64,000 bases of DNA from a virus, in the IMG/VR virus record IMGVR_UViG_3300044634_004833, positions 64,001 through 128,000 of that record, one strand, 5' to 3'. Both the position numbers and the translations under genes were made by a program. Shown here piece after piece: positions 47,663 through 58,300 of the stretch (within the stretch, counting starts at the first letter, position 1; each line of letters starts with the position of its first letter). Below the pieces are notes generated by a model. It searched no databases and was not told the origin of the DNA. It saw only the letters and a program-made list of their open reading frames with translations.

Positions 47663-49423
47663 ATGTCTACTACTCACGAGTTGGATGATCCTATTATTTT
47701 GAGAGACACTTTTAATATTGTTGATGCTGCTACAAGGATGCGGGCTATTAAGGATGCTTTGAATGATTCTTCTAAACGAGCACAAGCTATGCCCGTTGGA
47801 AACGAAGATATTATCATAGATGGCAATCAGTATAGTTGGGAGCCAACTATGCTTGATTTTGATAATTTATTATTTGATGTTGCAAACTTCCGTACTCCGA
47901 TTGCTTGCCAAGAATTTGGTATAGATGATCCTTATAGTAAATGGGATAGCGATCAAATTGAAGACCAATTGATTGCGATGAAAGCATTATACGAATGTGA
48001 ATACAAGGAAGAAGGTCAACGAGTTCTTTTTGACAATTTGAAATCTCACAAAAAACTTATTCGCCCATTAGTCGTGGACGGAATGGGCGTTGTTCGTGAA
48101 GGCAACAAAAGACTTTTTGCAATTTTGGAGCTTCATAAAAGAGGTGTTTGGCATCGCAAACAAATCGAAGTTGTAGTCCTGCATGAAAAAATACATGTAG
48201 TAGGCGGTGGCACAGAGTTGCAACCTGTTACTGACAAAACTCTAATTCAGAAAGTAAAAGAGCATTATAGCAAGCATGATGATGGCAAGAGAGATCATCA
48301 TGACTTCGAAAAAGCAGAACAAACCTATCTCCGCTACAACAAGGTTAATCCTTTTGATTCCACTCCTCTTCCTGCGGAGTTGGCAAACAAATCTAAAGAA
48401 AATAGGAAAATTATTAAAGAAGAATTTTTGCTAGGCGAAGCCATCTCTAAATTTAGGGATAAAACTGCCAGTTTGAGAGATGCTGGTGGCAAATTGATTT
48501 TGCCTGTGCGAACTAGTGGTCACATGCAAATAGTTCAATTAATGAAAGATATTGTTGACGTTATTAAAGCAATTAAACGACAATATGCAAACAATCCTCT
48601 TCTAAACCAGTTTATTGATTATGCATATCAAGAAACAATCAGCTATATTATCATGTTTCATGACGTAAATCATCCAGATCATGATCGAACTAGGCAAGAT
48701 TGTTACAGAGCTACTCATGGAGAAGTATGCCACAAATACTTCCTGCACTGTTTTGATAATGTTTGGGTTGAATCGATACCAAATTTTTTAATGCTGAAGT
48801 CGCAAGCAGTTGCCCCATCGCAACCTGCAACGCCCACACAGAATATTCAAGCACCCCCACAGAATATTCAAGCACCCCCACAGAATATTCAGCCAGTTTC
48901 TTCGCCTCCTTCTGGGCCTTCAGGGGCACAAGGCAGATTGCAAAGGGGTGGCGGTACTACGCCTCCTCCAGTTGCAACCATGTCTGATTATGATTCTATG
49001 AAGTTTGATAGAGATTATGTAAAGCAGGTTAAGGCAGATAAGGATAGGAATGGCGATGACATTTGTGAAAAAATCCATGATAGTGTTGGCAAAGTAACAG
49101 AAAACATAGAGTCTTTGTTGATAACTAAGATTTCAGGAAAGACTCAACTTGTATTATCTCCTGAAAACACTGGCAAGATAGTCAAATTGTTGATGAACAA
49201 TATTTGTGATAGCGCAGGTGTCATATTTGAGATTGAAAAGCTAGCACCTCCGATGGTGCAAAACAAATTTGTGGTAGATATTTTTTCTAAAGTTGTCGAA
49301 CATGGATTGCGTTTGATTTATAGAGTAATGCAATCTAATGGACAAGCAACTAATGATGTTGAAAAAATAATTGAGCGACAGACATTGGATGCAGTTCGAA
49401 ATCATTTGTTTGGCAAGAAGTAA
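47663..49423 (+). CDS. ParB/sulfiredoxin-like N-terminal domain protein
   Basis: LFDVANFR...RPLVVDGMGVVREGNKRLFAI; Pro/Gln linker. Confidence 0.65.
   Translation: MSTTHELDDPIILRDTFNIVDAATRMRAIKDALNDSSKRAQAMPVGNEDIIIDGNQYSWEPTMLDFDNLLFDVANFRTPIACQEFGIDDPYSKWDSDQIEDQLIAMKALYECEYKEEGQRVLFDNLKSHKKLIRPLVVDGMGVVREGNKRLFAILELHKRGVWHRKQIEVVVLHEKIHVVGGGTELQPVTDKTLIQKVKEHYSKHDDGKRDHHDFEKAEQTYLRYNKVNPFDSTPLPAELANKSKENRKIIKEEFLLGEAISKFRDKTASLRDAGGKLILPVRTSGHMQIVQLMKDIVDVIKAIKRQYANNPLLNQFIDYAYQETISYIIMFHDVNHPDHDRTRQDCYRATHGEVCHKYFLHCFDNVWVESIPNFLMLKSQAVAPSQPATPTQNIQAPPQNIQAPPQNIQPVSSPPSGPSGAQGRLQRGGGTTPPPVATMSDYDSMKFDRDYVKQVKADKDRNGDDICEKIHDSVGKVTENIESLLITKISGKTQLVLSPENTGKIVKLLMNNICDSAGVIFEIEKLAPPMVQNKFVVDIFSKVVEHGLRLIYRVMQSNGQATNDVEKIIERQTLDAVRNHLFGKK
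48837..48891 (+). repeat. 21-bp tandem repeat x2.6 (QNIQAPP)
   Basis: cacagaatattcaagcacccc units. Confidence 0.85.
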
Positions 49424-49436
49424 TAGGAGTAAAATC

Positions 49437-51377
49437 ATGGATAAGGTTAAGATACAACTTTCTGTAAATAAGTCTTTTGTAGAAGTTTATTGTATTGGGA
49501 ATGGAGAGTCCTACAAAGAGATAATGAAATTTGTAGGAATTCAAACTCAGGCAATGCCATATATTGGCAAGTCTGTAATCTCCACCAAATTATCAGAAGA
49601 TCAATATAGAATAGTCTTTGAAAGAGAAGCATTCGTAAAGTTATGGATAAGTTTTAAAAATTGGTATGCCATTCATTCAGGATTGCATTTTCGTAATTAT
49701 GGCGCTCATTTTGCAGACATGGAGATGACTGAAGAAGACGAAGATATAATTGATAGCATAGTTGCAGGAAATAATTATTCTGATGTTAAATTAGAAAACT
49801 ATACTTCAAGGAAAGATGCCGAAAACGAGATAATAAAACAGGATTTGATTAAGTTTGGAGTTTCACTATCTGATGAAACAAATCTTGAGGAAGATCAGTA
49901 TGCTAGTGTTAAACAACACTTAAATGGCAGTATTTTTAATTGCAGTTTGGCTGGCTGTGGAAAAACTATAGTTTCATTATCATCGTATGTCCTTGAGACA
50001 AACTGGCAAGTTCCTTTGGTCGTATTCGGCTCAAAAAGCGCAATAGATTCATGGCAAGTTCAAGAATTGCCTAAGTGGGTTCCAGAAATAGCGAAAAATC
50101 ATACAGTTAGAATTACATCTAAGAACATGCACATGTTTGATATGCTTGTGCGTAATAAAAAAGTAGTTTTAATAAACTATGATATTATTCATAGGATTTT
50201 TAATAAGCTATCACATTATTTTAAAGATGTTCATCCATATTGTATTTTGGATGAAGCACACCGTTTGAAAAATATAGCATCTAGGAAGACTGGCGCTATG
50301 TTGCGCTTGGTCGGATCGGCTTACAAAGTTAGAATTGTTACTGCAACTCCGAATCCCAATGATATTGCTGGCGGGCCTCAAAAAGATTTAATTACTTTGT
50401 TGATGCTTGCACATCCTAATGCTCATATTTCGCAATTTCAAGATGAAGAGTATTCTAAGAATGAATTCAGTAGGTTGACAACATACTCAAACAACTTACC
50501 AGATGAAGTTGTTATGCCTACTTATTTTGCAGAAATGAGTGCTTTGCATAAAGATTTCTATCTTAGGCATATTGCCAGCAAGAATAACATTAGACGTATT
50601 CAGGGCTATCTTAGAAGCCAAGACCTCATTCGTGCAAGCCGAGCGCTTGCACATATAATGATGTACATAGCCTTTCCTTCTAGTCCAACGATATTGGCTA
50701 GACTAGAAAGAGATGATGATATTGATTCTGCAGAGATAGAAAGTCTTAGAAATTCCGGTCATGGAAGCAAGATTAATGCAACAGTAAACATTGCCAAAGA
50801 TATTCTTGATGAAGGCAAAAAAGTAATTATATGGACTTCATGGAATGATACTGCAAATTATTTGCAAAGTTTCTTTAGAGCAGAGAATGCAGTAATTTAT
50901 AATGGTTCTGTAAGGGACAAAACTGTCCCATTGAAGGAGTTTCATGAGAATCCCAACTGTAGATTGTTTGTTGGGAATATAGGTTGTGGAGAAGCTATTA
51001 GTTTGCACAGGGTTGCACAACACGCCATATTTAATGACTATAATTATAATTACTGCCATTACGTTCAAAGTCGTAATAGGCATCGTCGTAGGAATATGCC
51101 AGTAGGAACAGTTCCTACTACATATTTTATTCAAGCCACCTACAATGGCAATCCAGAGTGGACAGTTGACCACAACATATCTGAAAGGATTGGCTTGAAG
51201 CATCGGAATAGCACAGATTTATTTAGCAGAATGGCACCTGTTGACTATTCAAAACCAAAGGACGATGCTCAAAAACTTGCAGGAACAGACAACAAAAATG
51301 ATATTAGGACTAATATTGAAGGAGCTTTGCGTACCATGATGGATTTACATGAAGGCATGGACAACAATGACTCTTGA
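49437..51377 (+). CDS. SNF2-like SF2 helicase/ATPase
   Basis: AGCGKT, ILDEAHRLKN, TATP, KVIIWT, GEAISL, QSRNRHRR; ATG 49437 after AGGAG. Confidence 0.85.
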   Translation: MDKVKIQLSVNKSFVEVYCIGNGESYKEIMKFVGIQTQAMPYIGKSVISTKLSEDQYRIVFEREAFVKLWISFKNWYAIHSGLHFRNYGAHFADMEMTEEDEDIIDSIVAGNNYSDVKLENYTSRKDAENEIIKQDLIKFGVSLSDETNLEEDQYASVKQHLNGSIFNCSLAGCGKTIVSLSSYVLETNWQVPLVVFGSKSAIDSWQVQELPKWVPEIAKNHTVRITSKNMHMFDMLVRNKKVVLINYDIIHRIFNKLSHYFKDVHPYCILDEAHRLKNIASRKTGAMLRLVGSAYKVRIVTATPNPNDIAGGPQKDLITLLMLAHPNAHISQFQDEEYSKNEFSRLTTYSNNLPDEVVMPTYFAEMSALHKDFYLRHIASKNNIRRIQGYLRSQDLIRASRALAHIMMYIAFPSSPTILARLERDDDIDSAEIESLRNSGHGSKINATVNIAKDILDEGKKVIIWTSWNDTANYLQSFFRAENAVIYNGSVRDKTVPLKEFHENPNCRLFVGNIGCGEAISLHRVAQHAIFNDYNYNYCHYVQSRNRHRRRNMPVGTVPTTYFIQATYNGNPEWTVDHNISERIGLKHRNSTDLFSRMAPVDYSKPKDDAQKLAGTDNKNDIRTNIEGALRTMMDLHEGMDNNDS

Positions 51378-52311
51378 TCTAAATACAAGCACATTTAACA
51401 AGCTGTGCGATATTTGGAACATATTGTCTAAAAACAAAGGAATAGATGTAGACTATCTTTCACATCTCTGCAAATCTATTAGATATAACGCAGGTTATGT
51501 TTTAGATTTTGGAATCAAAAATGAATTATTTTTTATAGATGAAAATAATTTAGTTTCTTTGACAAAGGAACAAACTATTTTTCAATTTAGATTGCAATTT
51601 ATTATAAATTATATTAAAAATAATATTGACATTTTGCCATACAAGAAGTCATTGCTTCGAGGAAGAATCGCTTTCATAAATGAAATAGGAATTTACAACA
51701 ATGTTTATCAGATTATGAACGATGCAGGATTAATCAAAGAAAGCTCTCATGATGCTGCTGTGTTTTGGAAATTTATAGATGCTATTGCTAGAAATAAATT
51801 GAATTTACTTAAAGGGGACTATGGATTAATTGGCGAAGAGCTGTCTATTGAATTAGAGAACTCTTATTTAGATGCTGTAAGCTTGACAGTCAATGGACCC
51901 AAAAGAAAATGCAAATGGATATCTATAGACCGTCCTCATGCAGGATACGATATAAGAAGTTATTACATAGATTCTAAAAACCGTTATGTCAAAAAACGTA
52001 TTGAAGTAAAAACTTCAAGGGATATAATAAAAGGAAGGATGTTTATAACTTGGAATGAATGGCGCAAAATGCGTTATGAAACAAGTTGTGGCAAGCTTCC
52101 AATCAAATATGTTATTCACCTTTGGGATATACATGATTTGAAGCATCCAAGACGAGCTATTTTGTGTTATGATGACATAGCTCCTTGTGTGCCAAGATTA
52201 AGAAATGGGGGCAGGATTGAGTCATTTAACATCGATGTTCGTAGGTTCTACGATAACCACAGATTCCACTATATTTCCAATCAAATTACCACAACTTTAT
52301 CACAGCCATAG
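51349..52311 (+). CDS. DUF3883/NOV-C PD-(D/E)xK nuclease domain protein
   Basis: GLIGEELSIELE...AGYDIRSY...IEVKTS...FITWNEW. Confidence 0.82.
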   Translation: MKAWTTMTLDLNTSTFNKLCDIWNILSKNKGIDVDYLSHLCKSIRYNAGYVLDFGIKNELFFIDENNLVSLTKEQTIFQFRLQFIINYIKNNIDILPYKKSLLRGRIAFINEIGIYNNVYQIMNDAGLIKESSHDAAVFWKFIDAIARNKLNLLKGDYGLIGEELSIELENSYLDAVSLTVNGPKRKCKWISIDRPHAGYDIRSYYIDSKNRYVKKRIEVKTSRDIIKGRMFITWNEWRKMRYETSCGKLPIKYVIHLWDIHDLKHPRRAILCYDDIAPCVPRLRNGGRIESFNIDVRRFYDNHRFHYISNQITTTLSQP

Positions 52312-52717
52312 GTTTGCAGAGAACACAAACCAAGCATTTGTAAATAATGATTTTGCAAATTTATTTTTATTTTTGCCTAAGCCAGATATAGCAATTAAAA
52401 CAAAAGACTTCAGAAAAACAGTTTCCGAATTATTTGTTAAAAATCAATATAAACAAGTTGATAGATCTTGTTTTTTCATAAAAAATAATATTGGCATAAT
52501 ATTTCAAACTGGCAACAAAATGAATGCTGCAACTGATTTGCTATACCTTCAAAACGAATATGTTCTACAAAATATTTATGGAGCAATTTATTGCACCCCT
52601 TCGAAAAAATGGAGAGATATTTGGTCGGAAGGAGTTATAGAAGCTGATAATGTAATTGGCTTGTTAAATGATTGCAAAGCAGTAATAACTTTGCCCGTCA
52701 CACTATTCGAATTTTAA
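52205..52717 (+). CDS. BglII/BstYI-like restriction endonuclease fold, probably catalytically degenerate; start uncertain
   Basis: HSHRFA, FIKNNIGIIFQTGN...DLLYLQ, KKW..WSEG, ITLPVTLF. Confidence 0.5.
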   Translation: MGAGLSHLTSMFVGSTITTDSTIFPIKLPQLYHSHRFAENTNQAFVNNDFANLFLFLPKPDIAIKTKDFRKTVSELFVKNQYKQVDRSCFFIKNNIGIIFQTGNKMNAATDLLYLQNEYVLQNIYGAIYCTPSKKWRDIWSEGVIEADNVIGLLNDCKAVITLPVTLFEF

Positions 52718-55234
52718 ATCGTTTTTAACTCTTTTCACAGTTGCTCCAGCCCAATTTATGTCTGGCGCTAACTCTTGGACTTTTGCTGGATCAATTTTTG
52801 CGACAGTATTTGAGCCTAGAGCATTGAATACTTTTTTCAAATTAGTTGATATAGCAGTTTGATCTCCTGATTTTTCTGCTTCTGTTTCCATTTGTTTAAG
52901 AAATTTAGCAACAAGCTCGTTGATTACATTTTCATCCTTTGTTGCCCACCACTCAGGACTTATAGCAAAAATTTCATTCCAATGCCTACCTGTAAGCTGC
53001 ATTACCAAATCTTCATCAGTAATATTGTTCATGTTTTCCCAGCCAATGTATTTATCAAGATATTTTTCACTAATTGAATTATTAAGATAAAAACGATAGG
53101 TTTGCAACAAAGACCTGACTTCTGAAGAATTAAGAACTTTATTTTTCACTAAAGCATCAGTCAATTCTTTTCTTTTTTCTGCTTCTGAATAAATAAAGAA
53201 CCTCGTAAAATTAATATCAGGATAATATTTGGCGAAATTGGTCATAAACCAAATTTGGAATTCGTATCTGTTTTTTATGCTCAATAAGTTGCTGACTTCC
53301 CACTCATCAAATTTCTTAAATTTTTCAGCACCTATAATTTTTGTTAATTCATTTAAGTTTTTATTTGGAGCATGAATTAGCATGAATGCAATATCACTAT
53401 TTGATAATTTTTCTATATTATCAGTAATTTGATTTGTATCAGAATTTAAGTTGTCTGAATTTATGATTGCTTGAATAAATTTCAAATAAACGTCAGGATC
53501 ATTTCCATTTTCCTGTAATAAATTTAAAGCTTCAAGTATTTTTATTAATACAGGACCTCTTTGTTCTGTTAATACTTTTAGTTTTTTAGGATCTTTTATC
53601 CATGTATCTAATTCTTCCTGAAAAGCATGTATATTTTGTATAATTCCAAGTTTTTTAAATGTTTCTGGGTCTAATTTTTCGTATAACTTATTAATAAGAA
53701 CCCCTCCATGTATTACCATATTAATTATTTTATCATTTAAATAAGTGCTTCCTAAATTTTTAAAAACATCAGGATCATTTTTTAGTTTATCAAACAATTC
53801 ATCGCCTATGATTTCAAATCGTTCATTCATATCTTCTGGTGTTCTAGATCGCTTAATAAATTGAATTGCATCAGATAGATTTACTTTTCTTTTTATATTT
53901 TTAATCATATTCCATATTTCTTCTTTTTTATTATATTCTCCCATTGATATTATGAAGCTTTCTATAAAATTATCATAATTCCATCCTATATCAGAATATG
54001 ATAAATGGGTCAAATAATCTTTCAAATGTTTTTCATTTTTTGAAAGGAATAAAGCTTTCGACTTTGAATTAATTTTTTTGCCAATAATAAAAATGGCTTT
54101 CTCAGCATCAGATAGTTCGTCAAATTTATTGTCAGCAAGATTGTCTGTTAATTTTAGGAAATAGTACATTCTTTTGCAAATTCCATCAATTAAATCTTTT
54201 TCTTGTTCACAATCTTTTTTTACAGCATTTAAATTTTGTTGTTCAATTTGATCTTTTACAGATGTTTCAAATTTACTCAACGGCTCTGCTTTGAATTCAG
54301 AAACATTAACACCCATAGATTTAAGATAATCCAAATATTCTGGTAAATTTTGGTAGCCGTTTACTGAAAAAGAAATATTATCTTTTGTTGCGCCTCTAGC
54401 ATTTCTTCTGTCTACCCATTCAGAATATTCACCGGCAGTAGCAACTCCCGGGTTCACATATCTTGCTGGGTCGTTTGAGCTTTTGTTAAAATCAAATATA
54501 AAGTATTGAGTTTGTCCGTATTCATGTCTATAGTTAAAGTAATATTTTACACTTTCTGAACTACTAATGCACCATCTTTGGCCTTTGCCCATAATCCTAC
54601 ATTTAAATGGATCATCTCCTTTAAAAACCCATATGTTTTTGCCTTTTGAAACTAAATCAGCATTATTTTGTAGTTCTAAAAAAGCTGGATTTTGCAGTCC
54701 TTTTTCTGTTTTAAAATCTCCGTCATTATTTGGTTGGTGTTGTATACCATGTAATATTGAAATAAATTGATTCATATCATTGTAATTTGATATAATCTGA
54801 TCCTCAAATCGTATTTCAGGCTTGTTTTTGAAAAGTAACTCAATTTGATTGTTAGATATAAAACTTCTTAACAGAACCATCATTTCATCAATTGCTTGTT
54901 GAAATAATACGCTATTGTTTTCTTTTTCTGCGAAGTAAACAGCCGTTTTATATTCTGGTATGGTTATTTGTTTGTTTTTCAAATTATCATAAAGAACTTT
55001 TAAAACAGGTAACTTTGGCTCTTCTATTTCAATTTCTTTTTTCTTAATGAACTTGCTTTGAAGAATTGAAAAGGCTGATTTTTTATCGTGTGGAGTTGGG
55101 GCGGCTTCAAGCTCTGCAATAGCTTTCTCGACTTCTTCTTTGTTTGCTGGCCACTTAGCTTGCAAAAGTATATTTTTTACATTTGGATCAAGAGTTTCCC
55201 ATAGCTTGATCCATTTTTTGAAGGTTATATTCAT
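52703..55234 (-). CDS. large phage protein, paralogue of 26507..29308
   Basis: ITFKKW start; KCRIMGKGQRWCISSS...YFIFD...RYVNPG...EWVD. Confidence 0.75.
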   Translation of the reverse strand: MNITFKKWIKLWETLDPNVKNILLQAKWPANKEEVEKAIAELEAAPTPHDKKSAFSILQSKFIKKKEIEIEEPKLPVLKVLYDNLKNKQITIPEYKTAVYFAEKENNSVLFQQAIDEMMVLLRSFISNNQIELLFKNKPEIRFEDQIISNYNDMNQFISILHGIQHQPNNDGDFKTEKGLQNPAFLELQNNADLVSKGKNIWVFKGDDPFKCRIMGKGQRWCISSSESVKYYFNYRHEYGQTQYFIFDFNKSSNDPARYVNPGVATAGEYSEWVDRRNARGATKDNISFSVNGYQNLPEYLDYLKSMGVNVSEFKAEPLSKFETSVKDQIEQQNLNAVKKDCEQEKDLIDGICKRMYYFLKLTDNLADNKFDELSDAEKAIFIIGKKINSKSKALFLSKNEKHLKDYLTHLSYSDIGWNYDNFIESFIISMGEYNKKEEIWNMIKNIKRKVNLSDAIQFIKRSRTPEDMNERFEIIGDELFDKLKNDPDVFKNLGSTYLNDKIINMVIHGGVLINKLYEKLDPETFKKLGIIQNIHAFQEELDTWIKDPKKLKVLTEQRGPVLIKILEALNLLQENGNDPDVYLKFIQAIINSDNLNSDTNQITDNIEKLSNSDIAFMLIHAPNKNLNELTKIIGAEKFKKFDEWEVSNLLSIKNRYEFQIWFMTNFAKYYPDINFTRFFIYSEAEKRKELTDALVKNKVLNSSEVRSLLQTYRFYLNNSISEKYLDKYIGWENMNNITDEDLVMQLTGRHWNEIFAISPEWWATKDENVINELVAKFLKQMETEAEKSGDQTAISTNLKKVFNALGSNTVAKIDPAKVQELAPDINWAGATVKRVKNDLKFE

Positions 55235-55305
55235 GAGATAATCTATTTATTTAGCAACTATCTTAAAATTAATCTATTCTAAATAAATAATACAGGAGAA
55301 ATACT

Positions 55306-58300
55306 ATGGACTACAAATTTGAATTGCCAAAACAAGCACCTAATGTTGATTTGGATCCTATTAAAATTAATGGTAAATCATTACAAATTACTGGATACAT
55401 AGAAACTGTAGATCCATTTGGAAATGTAAAAATATCAGTGCCCAAAGACGGCCAAAGATTTAACGATACACCACAGAATTTGGCGGATGTAATGGGAGCA
55501 ATAAATCCCACTCCAACACATTATATTCTTTATAATGGTACTCAAGGTTTGACAGATTATCAGCTTCAATTAGGAACAGAACAATCTTATGCATATGATC
55601 CTGTAATTACATATACAACAGATGGGGATTATAAAGTAAAAGTTATAACATGTGCAGATGCAGAAGGAATTAATAAAATAATATATAATAGTTCATTAGT
55701 ACCAGAAAAGTGTTTGTTTGATGCTCTGTCAGATGTAGTAGATTTAGGATACAAATTAAGACTTATGAGTCCAGATTATGCTTCTGCAGGAGCAACAACC
55801 GAACTTATATGTGAATATTTTCTTTTTAGAGGATATTCTTTTTCTGTTAAAAGTACAGTTGACGTATGGATTACCACTAGTCAGTTTGCCAGTTCTTGGA
55901 TTTATCCTGGCCCCAACCCAAATAAACCTACAAGATTTTTAAACAAACCAAGTGTTTTGCCACAAGGCGCAACAACTACTACTACCACAACAACTACTTC
56001 TACCACTACTACTACAACATCGGCTCCAATTTCAACCTCAACTACAACGACAGCGGCTCCGGGTGCTGGTGGCAGACTGCCTCTTCCCGGCAATTCTTTG
56101 TCTTATAACGGTGTCACTCTTACAGGCTCTGGTTCAGGTAGTAATTATGCAGCACCATTTACCTATTGTTCAGTATCCATGCCTGCTAATTCTATGATTC
56201 TTGGAAATGCTGGAAGTGGTACTTATACGCTTACATTCTCTTTGCCTGTAAACAATATTCAAATTTTAGGATCAGGTCAAAATTTTGGAGAAACCTTTAC
56301 ATTTTCAGTCAATAATGGCACATTAACCACAAGTCTAATGCCAGGAATTGGTTGCAATGCCACTTTAACTGGAAATACTGTAGGTAATTCCAGCGTTGGT
56401 TCTTTTGGAGCAACGCTAGCATCAACATCAGATTACACATCTTTGTCTATAACATTCCCCGGCGGTGGCGGCGGCACATTGTTCTCAGTTATAGAAAGCT
56501 CTGTTGTTTCTGGAGCAACCACAACTACACCTGTTCCAACAACCACAACAACTACTACACCTGCGCCTACTACAACTACACCTGTTCCAACAACCACTAC
56601 CACTCCAGCACCTGCAGTTTCTACTGGATTGCCATTAATTGGAACCTCTTCTGTTATAAATGGTGTTACATTAACGGCATCTGGCGTTGGAACTTCTTAT
56701 TCAAGCCCTTGGTCAAGCTGCTCTCCTCCTATCTCAATTACTGCACCTTGCTTGTTCTTGGGAAGAGCCATTGGAACATATACTGTTTCATTTGATTCAT
56801 TACAGAATGATATAGTAATTTTTGCAAACGCTAGTGACACAGGAGAAAGCTTTGACTTTGGAGTAGACTCAGGAACACTAAGCATTAGTGTTGTTCAAAG
56901 CTGCGGAGTAACAGTATCTGGAACAACAGTTTCTAGCGTTGGAGCAAATGTTGGATGGGTCATAAGGCTCACAAGCACAACTCCATACTCTCAAATAACA
57001 ATATATTCTGGTGCTGTAACATCTGGAAGCCTTTTTGGAATTTATGCAAGCTCAATAGTTCCAGGTGCAGTAGTAACAACTACAACGCCAATTCCAACAA
57101 CTACTACAACCACAACTACTACAACCACTCCCGAACCAACAACAACCACCACTACTACTACACCTGCTCCAACGACCACTACAACCACAACTACTACAAC
57201 TACAACCACTACAACTACAACCACTACAACAACTACAACTACGCCCGCACCAGACCAAGCATATTCATTGTTTGGATGGGGAGAAGGTAACCTAGGAAAT
57301 AATCGTTCTGCTGGAGCCCAATCGCCAACTCAAACAGTTTCTGGCGGAACAAATTGGGGAACACCTCCAAAATGCTCTTATGCACAACACTATGCCATAT
57401 TGAAGAAGGATGCAACACTCTGGGCATGGGGCACTAATAGTGCAGGAGAACTTGGTAATAACACAACAACAAATAGAAGTTCTCCTATTCAAATTGCTGC
57501 CCCCGCAGGAGTTACATGGAATGCTGTAAATATGGGATATCAAACCACATTTGTTATAGACACAACCGGCGCATTGTGGGGATGGGGCAAAAATAACTTT
57601 GGGCAGTTGGGCATTAGCACTACAATAAATGTAAGCTCTCCTGTTCAGATCAGCGCCGATACAACATGGAGTTCTATTGTAGCAGGCAATTTTGCTACTT
57701 ATGCAATTAAGAAAAATGGAACTTTATGGGCATTTGGATACAATGTACAAGGACAAATCGGAGATGGAACAATAGTAAACAAAAGCAGCCCAGTTCAAAT
57801 TGGCTCTGACACCACATGGTCACAAATAACTGCTGGTCAAGGACACGCATTATCAATTAAATCAGATGGAACTTTGTGGGCATGGGGAGCAGGGTCTAAC
57901 GGTTCCCTTGGAAATGGTACAATAACACATAGAAGTAGCCCCATTCAAATAGGAACTGATAATACATGGTCTTTAATACAATCAACTGGATTTGGCGGAG
58001 CAGCTTTGAAAACAGATGGAAGCCTATGGTGCTGGGGCGGAAATACAAATGGCGCTCTAGGAGATGGAACAACAGTTCACAGAAGTAGCCCAATTCAAAT
58101 AGGATCTGATACAAATTGGACAGATATCGCTGGAGGACAGTATTCTGTAGTTGCACTAAAATCAGACAAATCCTTATGGCATTGGGGCTATGGTGGAGCA
58201 ATGGGCATAGGTGTAAACTCTGCCAGAAGCTCTCCAGTTCAGACATTAAAAGCAGATACCTTATGGATTTCAATAGGCAGCAGCTTAAGAAACTTCTTCT

